Below, one piece after another: positions 17,479 to 27,349 of a DNA stretch of 51,669 nucleotides. Each line of letters opens with the position of its first letter. Within the stretch, counting starts at the first letter, position 1. The notes beneath the pieces are model-generated. The model did not search any database. It was not told the DNA's origin and saw nothing but the letters and a program-made list of their open reading frames with translations. Location of the stretch: positions 1-51,669 of IMG/VR virus record IMGVR_UViG_3300011270_000003, one strand, 5' to 3'. A program made the translations under genes and the position numbers. The DNA is from a virus (lineage: Duplodnaviria; Caudoviricetes).

Positions 17479-19929
17479 TTACATTCTTTCCTGTGTGTTA
17501 TCCATTACAGTCCAACCCATTATATCGAATGGTTTTCCATCTACGGATATAACTTGAAACTGTAAAATTAATCCTTTACCTCTTATTTTATGTTTACGAA
17601 ACAACTTACTAAAGTTAAGAGTATTAAGAAAATTATTAATTGTTTGAGGGACTCCCCATCTATGAGAGTCTCTACTTATAGCATAATCCCAGATACCTTG
17701 TATCTTATAGGCAGTATTATTAACATTATTAGAATAGACATAAACATAAGTAGGTTGAAACTTAACTATACCTTTACCACTTAACTTATATCCAGTAATA
17801 AAATTACTTACATAATTCAAAGGAAATCCCGAAGTATTCCAATCTACAAATGTAGTATCTCTTTCTTCGGAGAAGGTAAAGAAGTAATTATTCTGACTAG
17901 GATTAGCTTGCGAAGTTATATATTTAAATACAGGAGTGGGAGATGTACTACCTCCTGGACCAGCTACATAATTTATACCATGTATGTATGGAGAAGTAGA
18001 AGACGTAGCTATCTGATATGGATAGAAAGCTTGAGTAGCTATATTAAAATTAATAATACTGTCGAACTGATATCTATCAGTTATACTAGATTCGTTTGTA
18101 CTTCTGAAACAGAATTGAACTATGTAATCTAAAGGATGATAGTCTCCTCTTGCAAACTTCTTGCTTTGCAGAGGTATGTTTGCGTAGAAGGATAGAATAG
18201 TTCCTAGACATAGATTTCTAACGTCCAGATTAATATCAGGGCTACGAATAGAACTGGAGTTTTGTCTGACTGTAACATAGTAGATACCTTCTTCATTCCA
18301 GAACATAGGCCAACCTTGAACATTAACGGATTTAGTTGAGGATATACTCTGGATGCTAGATATCTTACTTACAGAGTAATCATTAGCTTGGAAGGCTACT
18401 CCTGATCCTCCGGATATAAAATATACACCATTAGAAGCCCTAACAATAAGACCAGTTTGAATAGGGAATAATTCGTATATAGCTCCAGCACCTTGTATAG
18501 TTATAACACCTCCATCTGTAGGTAATATATCAAATAATGTTTGAGAAGTAGGATCATTAACTTGATAACACTTACCGAATTGAGTTGGATTAGTTACTGT
18601 CTGAGAGAAATAAATATTCTCTGTCCAAGTATAGTAGGGCTCATCTCCAGCCGATTGTTGAGAAGCATTTACTCCTGTGTAGAATATTCTACCTTGAAAC
18701 CATGCGCCTGTAGACGGTCTTACAGTTGTTATTACATCAGTTAGACTAGGAATACTGGATACTTGAGCTCGTAATTGTTTAAATGCGTTTAATATATATG
18801 TACCTTTTGGAGCCGCATCTACGTTCTGTTGAACATTCTGGAATGTAGACGAAGGAGTAAAAGCATTATTAATATCTTTATATAGCCACCATATATCTGA
18901 ATTAGATGGATAATTACCTAGAGCAGAAAACCAAGTATTTATAAAACCAACATTAACTAAAGATAATGATATGGTCTGATTAGGAGCTGGAAAGAAATTA
19001 CCTCCTGACCAAGATCCTGCATTTGTTCTATGACAATCATAATCTATATGCCCAACTTGAATAGTTACTGTAGTAAACGGAGTTACGTAAGAACTGACAA
19101 TACCCTGTACAGTAGCAGTAAGATTAACATTTCCATTATTATCTCCTACAATACCCGCTTGATAAGAGAATTGAATTACACTTCCATTTGTAACTGCTGT
19201 TGTATTAACTTGAGAAGTAATAGCTAAAACGATAGTATCACCTATACATATAGTACTATGATTATTTAACTTACCTGTAGCAGTCCAAGCAGAGCCTGTC
19301 GTCCATCCTTGATTAGTAAGATTGTATTGATGTTCAGGATTTAGTACAGTAGGTCTGAAATTATCTGCTACCCCAATTTCAGGAATACCAAATACATCTC
19401 TAATCCTAAGATTAATTATAGTCGGTGTTATAAATGAATTTACAGAATTATACGTACAGAATAGAGTATCTATTGCAGGATGAAATATAAACAAATAACC
19501 ATTACCATCTGTAAATTGACATTCTACTTGACCTACTTGGGTAGTAGTTAATGTATTTCCTGCAGATAGAAAAGGATATATACTAAAAGTAGACGCCAAT
19601 TTAGTTGAAGATAATGGATTAGTTAAAGTAGCGCTAGTAGATCTAAAGAAGAATATATTAACACCTACTTGTAGAACTATTATCTGAGTAAGACCATCTC
19701 CACCTACATTATTCCACTTATAAGTATTAACAGCAGCATTAGTTCTATCGATACCAGAACCTATAGCATTTGCTTCAAAATCAAAACCTTCTCTACGTAA
19801 GACATCTCCGATAATAGTAAAAACGCAGTTCTCGGTTTGAGTACATGCGTTTTCAGGAAAGTTCAAACCAGTAAATTCAGTCTTAAGACCGCCAGTAAAG
19901 TTATTCTGTACGCTAGGATTTATTGCCAT
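17479..19929 (-). CDS. Tail tubular protein B (nozzle)
   Basis: N-terminal NNFTGGLKTE, WFQGRIFYTG, C-terminal KIRGKGLILQF..GKPFDIMGW; 816 aa. Confidence 0.85.
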   Translation of the reverse strand: MAINPSVQNNFTGGLKTEFTGLNFPENACTQTENCVFTIIGDVLRREGFDFEANAIGSGIDRTNAAVNTYKWNNVGGDGLTQIIVLQVGVNIFFFRSTSATLTNPLSSTKLASTFSIYPFLSAGNTLTTTQVGQVECQFTDGNGYLFIFHPAIDTLFCTYNSVNSFITPTIINLRIRDVFGIPEIGVADNFRPTVLNPEHQYNLTNQGWTTGSAWTATGKLNNHSTICIGDTIVLAITSQVNTTAVTNGSVIQFSYQAGIVGDNNGNVNLTATVQGIVSSYVTPFTTVTIQVGHIDYDCHRTNAGSWSGGNFFPAPNQTISLSLVNVGFINTWFSALGNYPSNSDIWWLYKDINNAFTPSSTFQNVQQNVDAAPKGTYILNAFKQLRAQVSSIPSLTDVITTVRPSTGAWFQGRIFYTGVNASQQSAGDEPYYTWTENIYFSQTVTNPTQFGKCYQVNDPTSQTLFDILPTDGGVITIQGAGAIYELFPIQTGLIVRASNGVYFISGGSGVAFQANDYSVSKISSIQSISSTKSVNVQGWPMFWNEEGIYYVTVRQNSSSIRSPDINLDVRNLCLGTILSFYANIPLQSKKFARGDYHPLDYIVQFCFRSTNESSITDRYQFDSIINFNIATQAFYPYQIATSSTSPYIHGINYVAGPGGSTSPTPVFKYITSQANPSQNNYFFTFSEERDTTFVDWNTSGFPLNYVSNFITGYKLSGKGIVKFQPTYVYVYSNNVNNTAYKIQGIWDYAISRDSHRWGVPQTINNFLNTLNFSKLFRKHKIRGKGLILQFQVISVDGKPFDIMGWTVMDNTQERM

Positions 19930-20222
19930 ACATCAACGATTTCTTTAACTTTCATACCTCTTCGTTCAACATATTCTTTAACATGCTTTATAAGAAGATT
20001 AAAATTAGTAAAAGATAGACCTTTAAGAGGACCAGGTAAGAAGCCATGTTCATACTTTAGAGTCCATAGATTGTTCTGAAGTAAGACAGCATGAAGATTA
20101 TTATTAGCATCCACTAGGCTATCATTAGCTTTCTTTCCATCTGTTATTTCTAACACCAGAATTCTATCATCTGATGTCATCTTAGTTCTATCCGGCGAGA
20201 TAGCCGCCAAGGAAGCGATCAT
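19920..20222 (-). CDS. Hypothetical protein between the tail tubular genes (start may be the internal Met of MTSDD)
   Basis: ORF coupled to both neighbours. Confidence 0.6.
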   Translation of the reverse strand: MIASLAAISPDRTKMTSDDRILVLEITDGKKANDSLVDANNNLHAVLLQNNLWTLKYEHGFLPGPLKGLSFTNFNLLIKHVKEYVERRGMKVKEIVDVWQ

Positions 20223-21333
20223 TTGTATCCCTCATTCCTGAATATCCACCTGTTCCAGCACGTCTACCGAAGTTAGGCAATTGATTAAAATACGTAGGTT
20301 TACCTGTTAAAGATTTAGTCTTCTCTACATTAACCCATTGACGCTTAGACTCTTGCTCAGCCTTTTGATGAGGCATCTGCTTAAGTTCATAGAAAGCTAG
20401 AGACTTAGCTTCATTTAGTAATAGTTGGAATTGTTTACCATCCATCACAGGAATAAAGTTATCTTCCATTAAGAAAGTAGGGACTAACTGACCATAACCT
20501 TGAGTCTTAGATGCTTGTAAAGTACTATCTTGTGAATCATCGAAAGAATCAAAGACTACATAGAAATTCTCTAACACAGTACAATACTGAGGTTGATGAT
20601 CATTTCTATAATAAAATAAGAAGTTCTGTTCATTAACTCTAAAGTCAAAAGAATTAACATTAGTATCTGTAGGATTGAAACTACTAGTCATATCTAAGAA
20701 CTGTTTAACTGGAACTATAGTTACATATTGATAACCAGGAATAGCTCCTAGACCTGCTGTAGACTGTATATTCCATGCACTAAATGTACCTGAACCACCT
20801 ATAGTAGTCACATTAACAATCAAAGTAGTTCCTATATAACTGAATACAGTACCAGCCATTACATTAACACCTCCATTAGCTATACCTACTTGTTGTCCTG
20901 CAAATGCTGGTAAAGTACTAGAAGCGACTGTAAAAGTCTTTAAACCTGTACCGACAGTATTAGAAGTTGTAGATGTAGTCTTCCAAACATTAGTAATTAG
21001 ATCTGTATTAAGTCCATGACTAAAAGCCCCGAACTGACTTGTAAACTGAGTACCTTGAAAAGGATTAGTATTGAAATACTTAATCCATTCCATTTTAGCA
21101 ATGTTATCAGGTCTAGTCATCATGACTGGTTGAGTAGCATCAGTAAATGGATTTAACTGAAATAACTCACATTGATCAGGTAGACCAGCTCTATTAATTA
21201 CATTGAAGTAAGTAGTCTCAACTATAGTCGCTACTTGCATAGCTTCAGTAGTATCTCCTATAGAGTTCACCTCATCAGAAGACATAGCACTTAATATATT
21301 CTGCACTAATTGAAGTAGAGTCATCTTTTGCAT
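20188..21333 (-). CDS. Tail tubular protein A (adaptor) with an inserted beta domain
   Basis: MTLLQLVQNILSAMSSDEVNSIGDTTEAMQVA N-terminus; LLNEAKSLAF and PNFGRR C-terminus. Confidence 0.85.
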   Translation of the reverse strand: MQKMTLLQLVQNILSAMSSDEVNSIGDTTEAMQVATIVETTYFNVINRAGLPDQCELFQLNPFTDATQPVMMTRPDNIAKMEWIKYFNTNPFQGTQFTSQFGAFSHGLNTDLITNVWKTTSTTSNTVGTGLKTFTVASSTLPAFAGQQVGIANGGVNVMAGTVFSYIGTTLIVNVTTIGGSGTFSAWNIQSTAGLGAIPGYQYVTIVPVKQFLDMTSSFNPTDTNVNSFDFRVNEQNFLFYYRNDHQPQYCTVLENFYVVFDSFDDSQDSTLQASKTQGYGQLVPTFLMEDNFIPVMDGKQFQLLLNEAKSLAFYELKQMPHQKAEQESKRQWVNVEKTKSLTGKPTYFNQLPNFGRRAGTGGYSGMRDTNDRFLGGYLAG

Positions 21334-21722
21334 TATGATTTAAATATCCTTGCTACAGATACTGCACCTGAATAGATGAAGTAGAATCCTACTACAGCCA
21401 TTAAGACTTGCCATTGATCTGGAGTGACAGGATCAGTAACTCCCATCTTTAATACTTTATCCCAAAGAAAGATCTTAGTAATGTAGGCAGCAGGACCTAC
21501 TGCTAGACCTGCTCTGACCCACATATCTAAACTACTATGTTGACTATCTGCCAACAGAGCAGCTCTTTTAGCTTCGAGAGTATTTATTCTTTCCTGAGCA
21601 GCAGTCTTATCTTCTTCAGTCTGAGCTTTAAGAAGAGCTATCTTCTCGTTAGCAATAGCATTAGTTACAGTGCTAATCGTAGTAAATAAGCCAGGAAGGA
21701 TTAAACCGAGTAAGCTCAACAT
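21333..21722 (-). CDS. Membrane protein of the lysis module (holin-like)
   Basis: Several hydrophobic segments ending VVGFYF; near the endolysin. Confidence 0.6.
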   Translation of the reverse strand: MLSLLGLILPGLFTTISTVTNAIANEKIALLKAQTEEDKTAAQERINTLEAKRAALLADSQHSSLDMWVRAGLAVGPAAYITKIFLWDKVLKMGVTDPVTPDQWQVLMAVVGFYFIYSGAVSVARIFKS

Positions 21723-21955
21723 TAGGTTGAAGCAGGAGCGGTAGTGACTGCTACCTTAGACAGAGATGACCATAAGCCGACAACTACGGCAGAAGCAGCA
21801 GTACCGATGCCACTGATTACAGCATCACCATTCCAATATTGCATTCCGTAATGAGCGACTAAGAAGCCACCTGCAGCAGCAATAGCAGCTCTAACCCAAC
21901 CACCAAGCTGAGTAGGACCTACTAGACTAGAGAGAACGTTAAGTACATTGTTCAT
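21722..21955 (-). CDS. Putative holin
   Basis: 77 aa with two TM segments (GWVRAAIAAAGGFLV; VVVGLWS). Confidence 0.7.
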   Translation of the reverse strand: MNNVLNVLSSLVGPTQLGGWVRAAIAAAGGFLVAHYGMQYWNGDAVISGIGTAASAVVVGLWSSLSKVAVTTAPAST

Positions 21956-22534
21956 TTATTTTCCTTTTCTAAATATTCTTGTTAGTATGCTAATAAAAGT
22001 ACTCCAGAAGCTCGTAGGAAGCTCACTGGTAGGTTTTTTAGAGGTGTCAGGTAGGGTAGTAGCCGGAGATAAGAAAAGCTTCTCCTCGGCCTTCCTACGT
22101 CGAATTAGACCTGCTAGAACTTTTCCACCTGCTTTGTTGTACAAAAGAAGATGATCCGCAGCTTCTGTATACTTACCTTTGTTAAGAAGAGTAAGAACAG
22201 AAGAGTGTCCTAAAGCTCCAGTATTAAAATGGAAAGAAACAAGAGCATCGAACTGATTTTGATTAAGAGGAACTTTAACAAGATTACTTACTTCTTGTTC
22301 GACTCGTCCGAGATCTTGTCCGAGGATTGCATCTGCCTCTTCTTTCGTAACTCGCATTCCCAGAAACACACTGGGAGGACCAGCAGCACTAGTATGCCCA
22401 ATACCGATAGTAAGAGTACCATGAACTGTATCTCCTATATCTACCACATGATCGTTATAATCATCGTACGATTGAAGAATTATACCTTCAAAAGGTTCAA
22501 TCAGATTTAGACGACCGTTTAGACTTGTCTTCAT
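21956..22534 (-). CDS. Endolysin, GH24 lysozyme
   Basis: FEG..TIGIGHT, LNQNQFDALVSFHFNTG, GLIRRRKAE; amphipathic C-terminal tail. Confidence 0.92.
   Translation of the reverse strand: MKTSLNGRLNLIEPFEGIILQSYDDYNDHVVDIGDTVHGTLTIGIGHTSAAGPPSVFLGMRVTKEEADAILGQDLGRVEQEVSNLVKVPLNQNQFDALVSFHFNTGALGHSSVLTLLNKGKYTEAADHLLLYNKAGGKVLAGLIRRRKAEEKLFLSPATTLPDTSKKPTSELPTSFWSTFISILTRIFRKGK
22013..22099 (-). repeat. Dispersed element, copy B (inside the endolysin 3' end)
   Basis: 18/18 identity to copy A at the 3' end and 13/13 in the core. Confidence 0.85.
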
Positions 22535-22634
22535 TTAGTTTCTTTATTTCCTCTTGTAATTTCTCTACTTGAGCCATTAGAGCTGCTATTTGAAATGCAT
22601 ACTCACCTAATAATGCTTTGACTTTCTGTTCCAT
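22497..22634 (-). CDS. Small coiled-coil protein (45 aa), possible fibre chaperone
   Basis: MEQKVKALLGEYAFQIAALMAQVEKLQEEIKKL, coupled to the fibre stop codon. Confidence 0.6.
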   Translation of the reverse strand: MEQKVKALLGEYAFQIAALMAQVEKLQEEIKKLNEDKSKRSSKSD

Positions 22635-24160
22635 TAAGCAGCACTCGTAAAGTTAGTCCAAGTAGTAGAACCAGTCGTATTGACATATAAACGAGTAGAA
22701 GTAGAAGAACCTGTAGTATTAAGATATATAGATCCTTGAGCAGCACTTATAGTAGGAGCACCTGCACCAAAATATATACCAAAGTTTGAACCACTTCCGT
22801 ATAGATAAGAATTAGTTGAATCGCCTCCAGATACTGGAGCAGTAGTACTACCAATTTTAGATTTACCAGTAGTTGTTAGATTACCACTAGCATCGATAGT
22901 AAGATTGCCAGCGCCTAATTGAAGAGTTCCACCAGTTGCAGAAGAACTAAGTTGAGCAGAGCCACTTGTAGCACCTGCGAGATTTAAAGTACCTGCTGTA
23001 GTTCCAATAACACCTATTTGAACAGGTTGGGTAATAGTTAGTAAAGTAGCTGTGGAATTTGATTGCAATCCCAGAGAACCACTGGTTATACCGTTTAAAG
23101 AGATATTCCCACTTGATACTGCCGTAGCTCCTGAAACAATAGTTCCAGTATTTCCTATGCCAAACCCTGGAGATGCAAACGCATTTCCACTAAATGTTGT
23201 AGCAGAGAAATCAACACCAGATGTAACAGAACCACTTACTGTTTTAATAAGAGTACCTGAACTCTTAACAGGGAATTGATTAATACCATCCCCGAATTGA
23301 ATCCCTCTATTCCAACCTATAGCTCCACCTTGATTAACTATACGGACAGCAGAATCATTACGTGAACCTGAAACTGCATCATTACTCGGTTGTACAATTG
23401 ACATGCCCCATTTATCTAAGACAGTGGAGCCTGCTACGGCGGTTACATTAAATTCATGTCCACATACCTCTCCTATGTTAGTAGCAGCCGCGTTTAAAAT
23501 GGCTACTGAATTACCACCAAAGAAGGAACCTTTCTCGGTACCTATTCCTCCACCATCGCTAGAAACAGCTTGCATTGTAAATGAACCACCAACATAAAAT
23601 CTACTTGTATTTGTAGCTGAAGTCGGTGAAGTTAATTGACCAACTACTGTAAGAGATTGACGAGACCCTTTAGTAACAGACCCACCAAAATTATGATAGA
23701 AGTTAAAAGCAGTTGCTAGATTACCTATACCGCTTGCATCTAGATTATCCACACCAACGGATAAAGAATTAAAAGTATTAGATGTAGTAAAAACTGAAGG
23801 ACTTGTAAGAACTTCTATTATACCTGCATTGAAATTCTGTATTCCAGACCAAGTATTAACTCCGTCTAGAAATGGAACAGTATGTCCAGATGTACCTGTA
23901 AGAGCAGTAACTATAGTTATAGTTCCTGGAGTTGTAACATCAACTAACCTAGCTGGAGAATTGATTGTACTGGGGAAAGGAAGATTAACTATCTGAAAGT
24001 TATTCATATCCAGAGTAGCTAACATCTGATTAGGAGTAGTGCCATCTCTAGATAATGTATTATTAATAGCAGTAGTAGTTAGAGCATTATTATTATTTAT
24101 GGTAGCGAGTAGACTATTATCTATATTAGCTACACTACCTAGAGTGACTTTATCTGTCAT
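22634..24160 (-). CDS. Tail fibre protein
   Basis: N-terminal NNTLSRDGTTPNQMLATLDMNN..IVNLP anchor; Gly/Ser/Thr-rich shaft; GAGAP..GSIYL tip. Confidence 0.85.
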   Translation of the reverse strand: MTDKVTLGSVANIDNSLLATINNNNALTTTAINNTLSRDGTTPNQMLATLDMNNFQIVNLPFPSTINSPARLVDVTTPGTITIVTALTGTSGHTVPFLDGVNTWSGIQNFNAGIIEVLTSPSVFTTSNTFNSLSVGVDNLDASGIGNLATAFNFYHNFGGSVTKGSRQSLTVVGQLTSPTSATNTSRFYVGGSFTMQAVSSDGGGIGTEKGSFFGGNSVAILNAAATNIGEVCGHEFNVTAVAGSTVLDKWGMSIVQPSNDAVSGSRNDSAVRIVNQGGAIGWNRGIQFGDGINQFPVKSSGTLIKTVSGSVTSGVDFSATTFSGNAFASPGFGIGNTGTIVSGATAVSSGNISLNGITSGSLGLQSNSTATLLTITQPVQIGVIGTTAGTLNLAGATSGSAQLSSSATGGTLQLGAGNLTIDASGNLTTTGKSKIGSTTAPVSGGDSTNSYLYGSGSNFGIYFGAGAPTISAAQGSIYLNTTGSSTSTRLYVNTTGSTTWTNFTSAA

Positions 24161-24663
24161 TAGAAATATATCACATAAGATTCGGAGCCAGACGTAACGT
24201 TAGTTAACCTGACCCAAACATATTTAGAAGTACCAGTAGTGATCGTTCTACTTGCTTGTGCAGTATCAAAACTACCACCTGAACCCGCAGCTAAAGTAAC
24301 TGTACTAGCTCCACCACTACAAATAAGAGTAGTAATATAATCACCTACGACAGCTCCAGCAGTCACTAAATTTACCCCTGCTACGATATTAGCAGCCGTA
24401 TCAAATGTAGCCGTAAGACCAGTAGAAGTGCTTATAGTGATGATTCCCGTTAGAAGTCGTTCTGCTGTAAGCGTTTGAGCAGCATTAGACGTAATACTGA
24501 TGGGCGCACCTGCACCTTCAATGTAGTTAGTTCCCAAAGGATTAGAAGGGAAGGTAATTGCTCCTACTGTAATAGGAGTCTTTGTGGCACGAACTCTAGT
24601 ATTGTTGATACTATCGTCCAATCCTGCCATATCGATAAGTCGAGCTTGATCAACAACAGCCAT
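24160..24663 (-). CDS. Putative virion structural protein
   Basis: Thr/Ala/Gly-rich beta-type sequence in the structural operon. Confidence 0.65.
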   Translation of the reverse strand: MAVVDQARLIDMAGLDDSINNTRVRATKTPITVGAITFPSNPLGTNYIEGAGAPISITSNAAQTLTAERLLTGIITISTSTGLTATFDTAANIVAGVNLVTAGAVVGDYITTLICSGGASTVTLAAGSGGSFDTAQASRTITTGTSKYVWVRLTNVTSGSESYVIYF

Positions 24664-24680
24664 TTATATTCCTTTCAATA

Positions 24681-24707
24681 TAGTGGGGGTCCGAAGACCC
24701 CACACTA
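24681..24707 (-). terminator. cUUCGg hairpin after the head genes (attenuator or stabiliser)
   Basis: On the - strand GTGGGGTC-TTCG-GACCCCCAC; poor U-tract. Confidence 0.55.
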
Positions 24708-24718
24708 CGTTATTATAT

Positions 24719-25432
24719 TTAGAAACTAATGTTTCCATAGATTGTGTACCTAAGACGAAGCTTAAGTAATCCATTAGTAAATGCACCTGTAGCAATAGTG
24801 CTAATCCATGCCGAATTAGGCAGTGGAGTAATAGCATTAGTCACTAAAGGAACATTGCCTAACCAAGCACCGCTAGTACCTACTGCAGTTGCAGTATCCC
24901 ATCGCAGACCGGTAGTAGAAGGTACAGTAAATGTAACCCTCTGACCAGCGACCATATTAGCGATAGCTAGAGTGGTGATTAATTGAGCACCTGCATTAGG
25001 AGTAGCCTGTACAAACGTAGAATTAGGAGTACCTGGTGAGGTGACTGCTAATCCGACTGCAATGCTAGTACCACCTGTAGCTGTAATTAAGTTTTCAACA
25101 GTAACTTCCTCAAAGAAGATGTTAGTATTGGTAAAGACTAAATTACCGCCAGTTGTAGTAACAATCGGAGCAGAGATTTGTAAAGGAATTTGAACGTTGG
25201 GAGAAGTGATTCCCGCTGCAGCAAACGTACTCGTTCCTACGAACGAAGTAGGTGGAGCTGCAATGAGAGGAGTATTACCAGAGCCCTGTTGCATAGGGAC
25301 TAAGGGAATTAACTGTTCAACTTCTCTAGTTTCACCGTAGACGAGATAATCACCTCCAGTGTCAGATACGGCCTTCTGAGTGCCGTATTGGATGGGAAGA
25401 CCATCCTGATTATACCAAAAGCCAGCAACCAT
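24719..25432 (-). CDS. Putative capsid decoration or minor capsid protein
   Basis: Directly after the major capsid gene with a strong AAGGAGGT RBS; WYNQDGL N-terminus. Confidence 0.65.
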   Translation of the reverse strand: MVAGFWYNQDGLPIQYGTQKAVSDTGGDYLVYGETREVEQLIPLVPMQQGSGNTPLIAAPPTSFVGTSTFAAAGITSPNVQIPLQISAPIVTTTGGNLVFTNTNIFFEEVTVENLITATGGTSIAVGLAVTSPGTPNSTFVQATPNAGAQLITTLAIANMVAGQRVTFTVPSTTGLRWDTATAVGTSGAWLGNVPLVTNAITPLPNSAWISTIATGAFTNGLLKLRLRYTIYGNISF

Positions 25433-25447
25433 GATGTTACCTCCTTG

Positions 25448-26407
25448 TTAGCTCGGCACGACGCCGGTAGCGGTTAAGATGGTGACCATGTTTTCAGGCC
25501 GGTAGAGCTTGAATCCATACTCGGTGATAGTCAGATATTCCTCTTGCTGGAGATCTTTATTGAACTCCGAGTAGACGGTAGGCATCTGTCTGAAACCTCC
25601 AACCCATGGTAACGTATCACCAGGAGCTGCGGAGAAGAAGTAATTAGCAACACCACTGGTTACAGCAGTACCACTAATTGTTTCTGAAGCGATAGAGGGA
25701 AGATAGTTAGATACGTAGAGATCGAATCCATAAAGATTAAACCTAAACTTAAATCCACTAACTGCACCTTCTTTCACTACACCTTCCCACATAGGCATCG
25801 GGGAGAGTAAGTTAACAAGATTGGCTTGAGTCTGAATCGTATAAGCGACACTAGGATCAATAATACCTACTAAGTTAGTAAGCGGCACGTTAGCCTTGGT
25901 TAAGGCATACTGTGCACGAGCGAAGTCTGGTAGAGCCAGACCAGTATTGACACCTGTGGCGACGAAACGATGGTCAGCCAAGTTGATGATGTTGGGGTTA
26001 GAAGCAGTCTGTCCGTTATTAGCCTGAGCGAGAATACGTGTTTCCACGCCTTCCATTAAGACTCGATGTTGTCGAGGCACGAAGGCAGCGATAACATCAG
26101 CAGCATAGTAGCTGTCTCTCTTAAACTTCTCTGAGATGGCATTAGCAGAATATTTATACTGATCGAAGGAGAAGGTAAAATTACCAGTATCCATCGCAGA
26201 GTATTTAATTGCTTGACCTTCAGTAAAGTCTTGTTCAGTAGCTTCACCAATCGACGGAATATTTAATGTATAGCCATCGGGGAAGTCAGATAAAATACGG
26301 ACAAACTTCATAGCATTCAGTTCATCTAGTAAGAGCTCTTTGATCTGACGAGACCAAAGATTAGTTCTAACTAGGAACTGAGTATTGGCATCCATAAAAC
26401 CTGCCAT
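25448..26407 (-). CDS. Major capsid protein
   Basis: 319 aa after the scaffold gene; DFPDG.TLNIPSIG and C-terminal YGFKLYRPEN. Confidence 0.9.
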   Translation of the reverse strand: MAGFMDANTQFLVRTNLWSRQIKELLLDELNAMKFVRILSDFPDGYTLNIPSIGEATEQDFTEGQAIKYSAMDTGNFTFSFDQYKYSANAISEKFKRDSYYAADVIAAFVPRQHRVLMEGVETRILAQANNGQTASNPNIINLADHRFVATGVNTGLALPDFARAQYALTKANVPLTNLVGIIDPSVAYTIQTQANLVNLLSPMPMWEGVVKEGAVSGFKFRFNLYGFDLYVSNYLPSIASETISGTAVTSGVANYFFSAAPGDTLPWVGGFRQMPTVYSEFNKDLQQEEYLTITEYGFKLYRPENMVTILTATGVVPS

Positions 26408-26438
26408 ATGAGTTTGTTCCTTTTAGTTTTAGTTATGT

Positions 26439-27197
26439 TTATCCAAATCTATGATAATCTCCATCTTTAAATTCTTCACCTAAAGCTTGAGCATCATTAT
26501 GCATTTGGACGGCTATGTCTTTAGTAAACCAACTACTAGGATTTTTCTTCTTCAAATCTTGATAGTAAGCCCAAGTACGTTTTTCTACTGTAGGTCCAGT
26601 CGTAGTTGTTCTCTGTTGAGATTGAGGAGGAGCACGAAAAGGATCTTGCCTAATCTGTTCGTCTAGACCTAGAGATCTAAGTAAGACCTTAGGTTGAGTG
26701 CGAGCCATACTATTGAATTCCTCTCTAGTGAGTCCTAGTTCATTTATTTGTCTATTGACTGTGTTCTGATAATCAGAACCATATTCTTTTATAATTTTAT
26801 CCTTTACAAAGTTAGCATTATCTTGCTGACGTTTAGTTGTCTCATTCTCTAAGATTTTATTAGAAATGAGAACATCTAACTGTTTAGGATCAAATTGGGG
26901 CTGTATTTTATCGTCTTTCACTATGGGTTGTTCGCTACTTGAACGTTGAACTGACATTTGGTCTAACAGTTCTTCTATCTTAGCCCTAGCATTATACTGC
27001 TGGTTAAGATCCATATATTCTTGTCTAGAAGCATCTAAACGCTTCTCTAATATAGATATATAAGAATCTGATACATGTTTACTTTTAGCCAGGTCTTCCT
27101 TGGTCTTGAATTTCCTGTTTTCTCCTACCAATTCTTGATAATAATCTTTAGTATCATCAATTGCTGGAAGGCTTGTCTCGTCTAGAATATCGGTCAT
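26439..27197 (-). CDS. Capsid scaffolding protein
   Basis: LVGENRKFKTKEDLAKS, charged and helical, between portal and capsid. Confidence 0.8.
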   Translation of the reverse strand: MTDILDETSLPAIDDTKDYYQELVGENRKFKTKEDLAKSKHVSDSYISILEKRLDASRQEYMDLNQQYNARAKIEELLDQMSVQRSSSEQPIVKDDKIQPQFDPKQLDVLISNKILENETTKRQQDNANFVKDKIIKEYGSDYQNTVNRQINELGLTREEFNSMARTQPKVLLRSLGLDEQIRQDPFRAPPQSQQRTTTTGPTVEKRTWAYYQDLKKKNPSSWFTKDIAVQMHNDAQALGEEFKDGDYHRFG

Positions 27198-27349
27198 TAT
27201 TCTCTCCTAGGTAGGGTCGTACCTTTTATGTAATCTTGAAACTCTAATGCGAAATAAATGAAACCAATAAGGAATGTTTTATCTTCGTAGGTTAGAGGTT
27301 CTCTGCTGTGTATTAATTTCTCCGCAATTTTCAATGCTTCGGTCTTCAT
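27197..27349 (-). CDS. Small hypothetical protein (50 aa)
   Basis: Coupled ATGA and TAATG between portal and scaffold. Confidence 0.6.
   Translation of the reverse strand: MKTEALKIAEKLIHSREPLTYEDKTFLIGFIYFALEFQDYIKGTTLPRRE

Noticed and set aside
25433-25470. T7-like capsid frameshift or readthrough into the next gene
   Set aside because: No slippery heptamer near the TAA, and the next gene has its own strong RBS.
27205-27225. Fourth copy of the 86-bp element (GGTACGACCCTACC on the - strand)
   Set aside because: Only the core resembles it; the terminal inverted repeats and the 3' 18-mer are absent. A profile search could revisit it.
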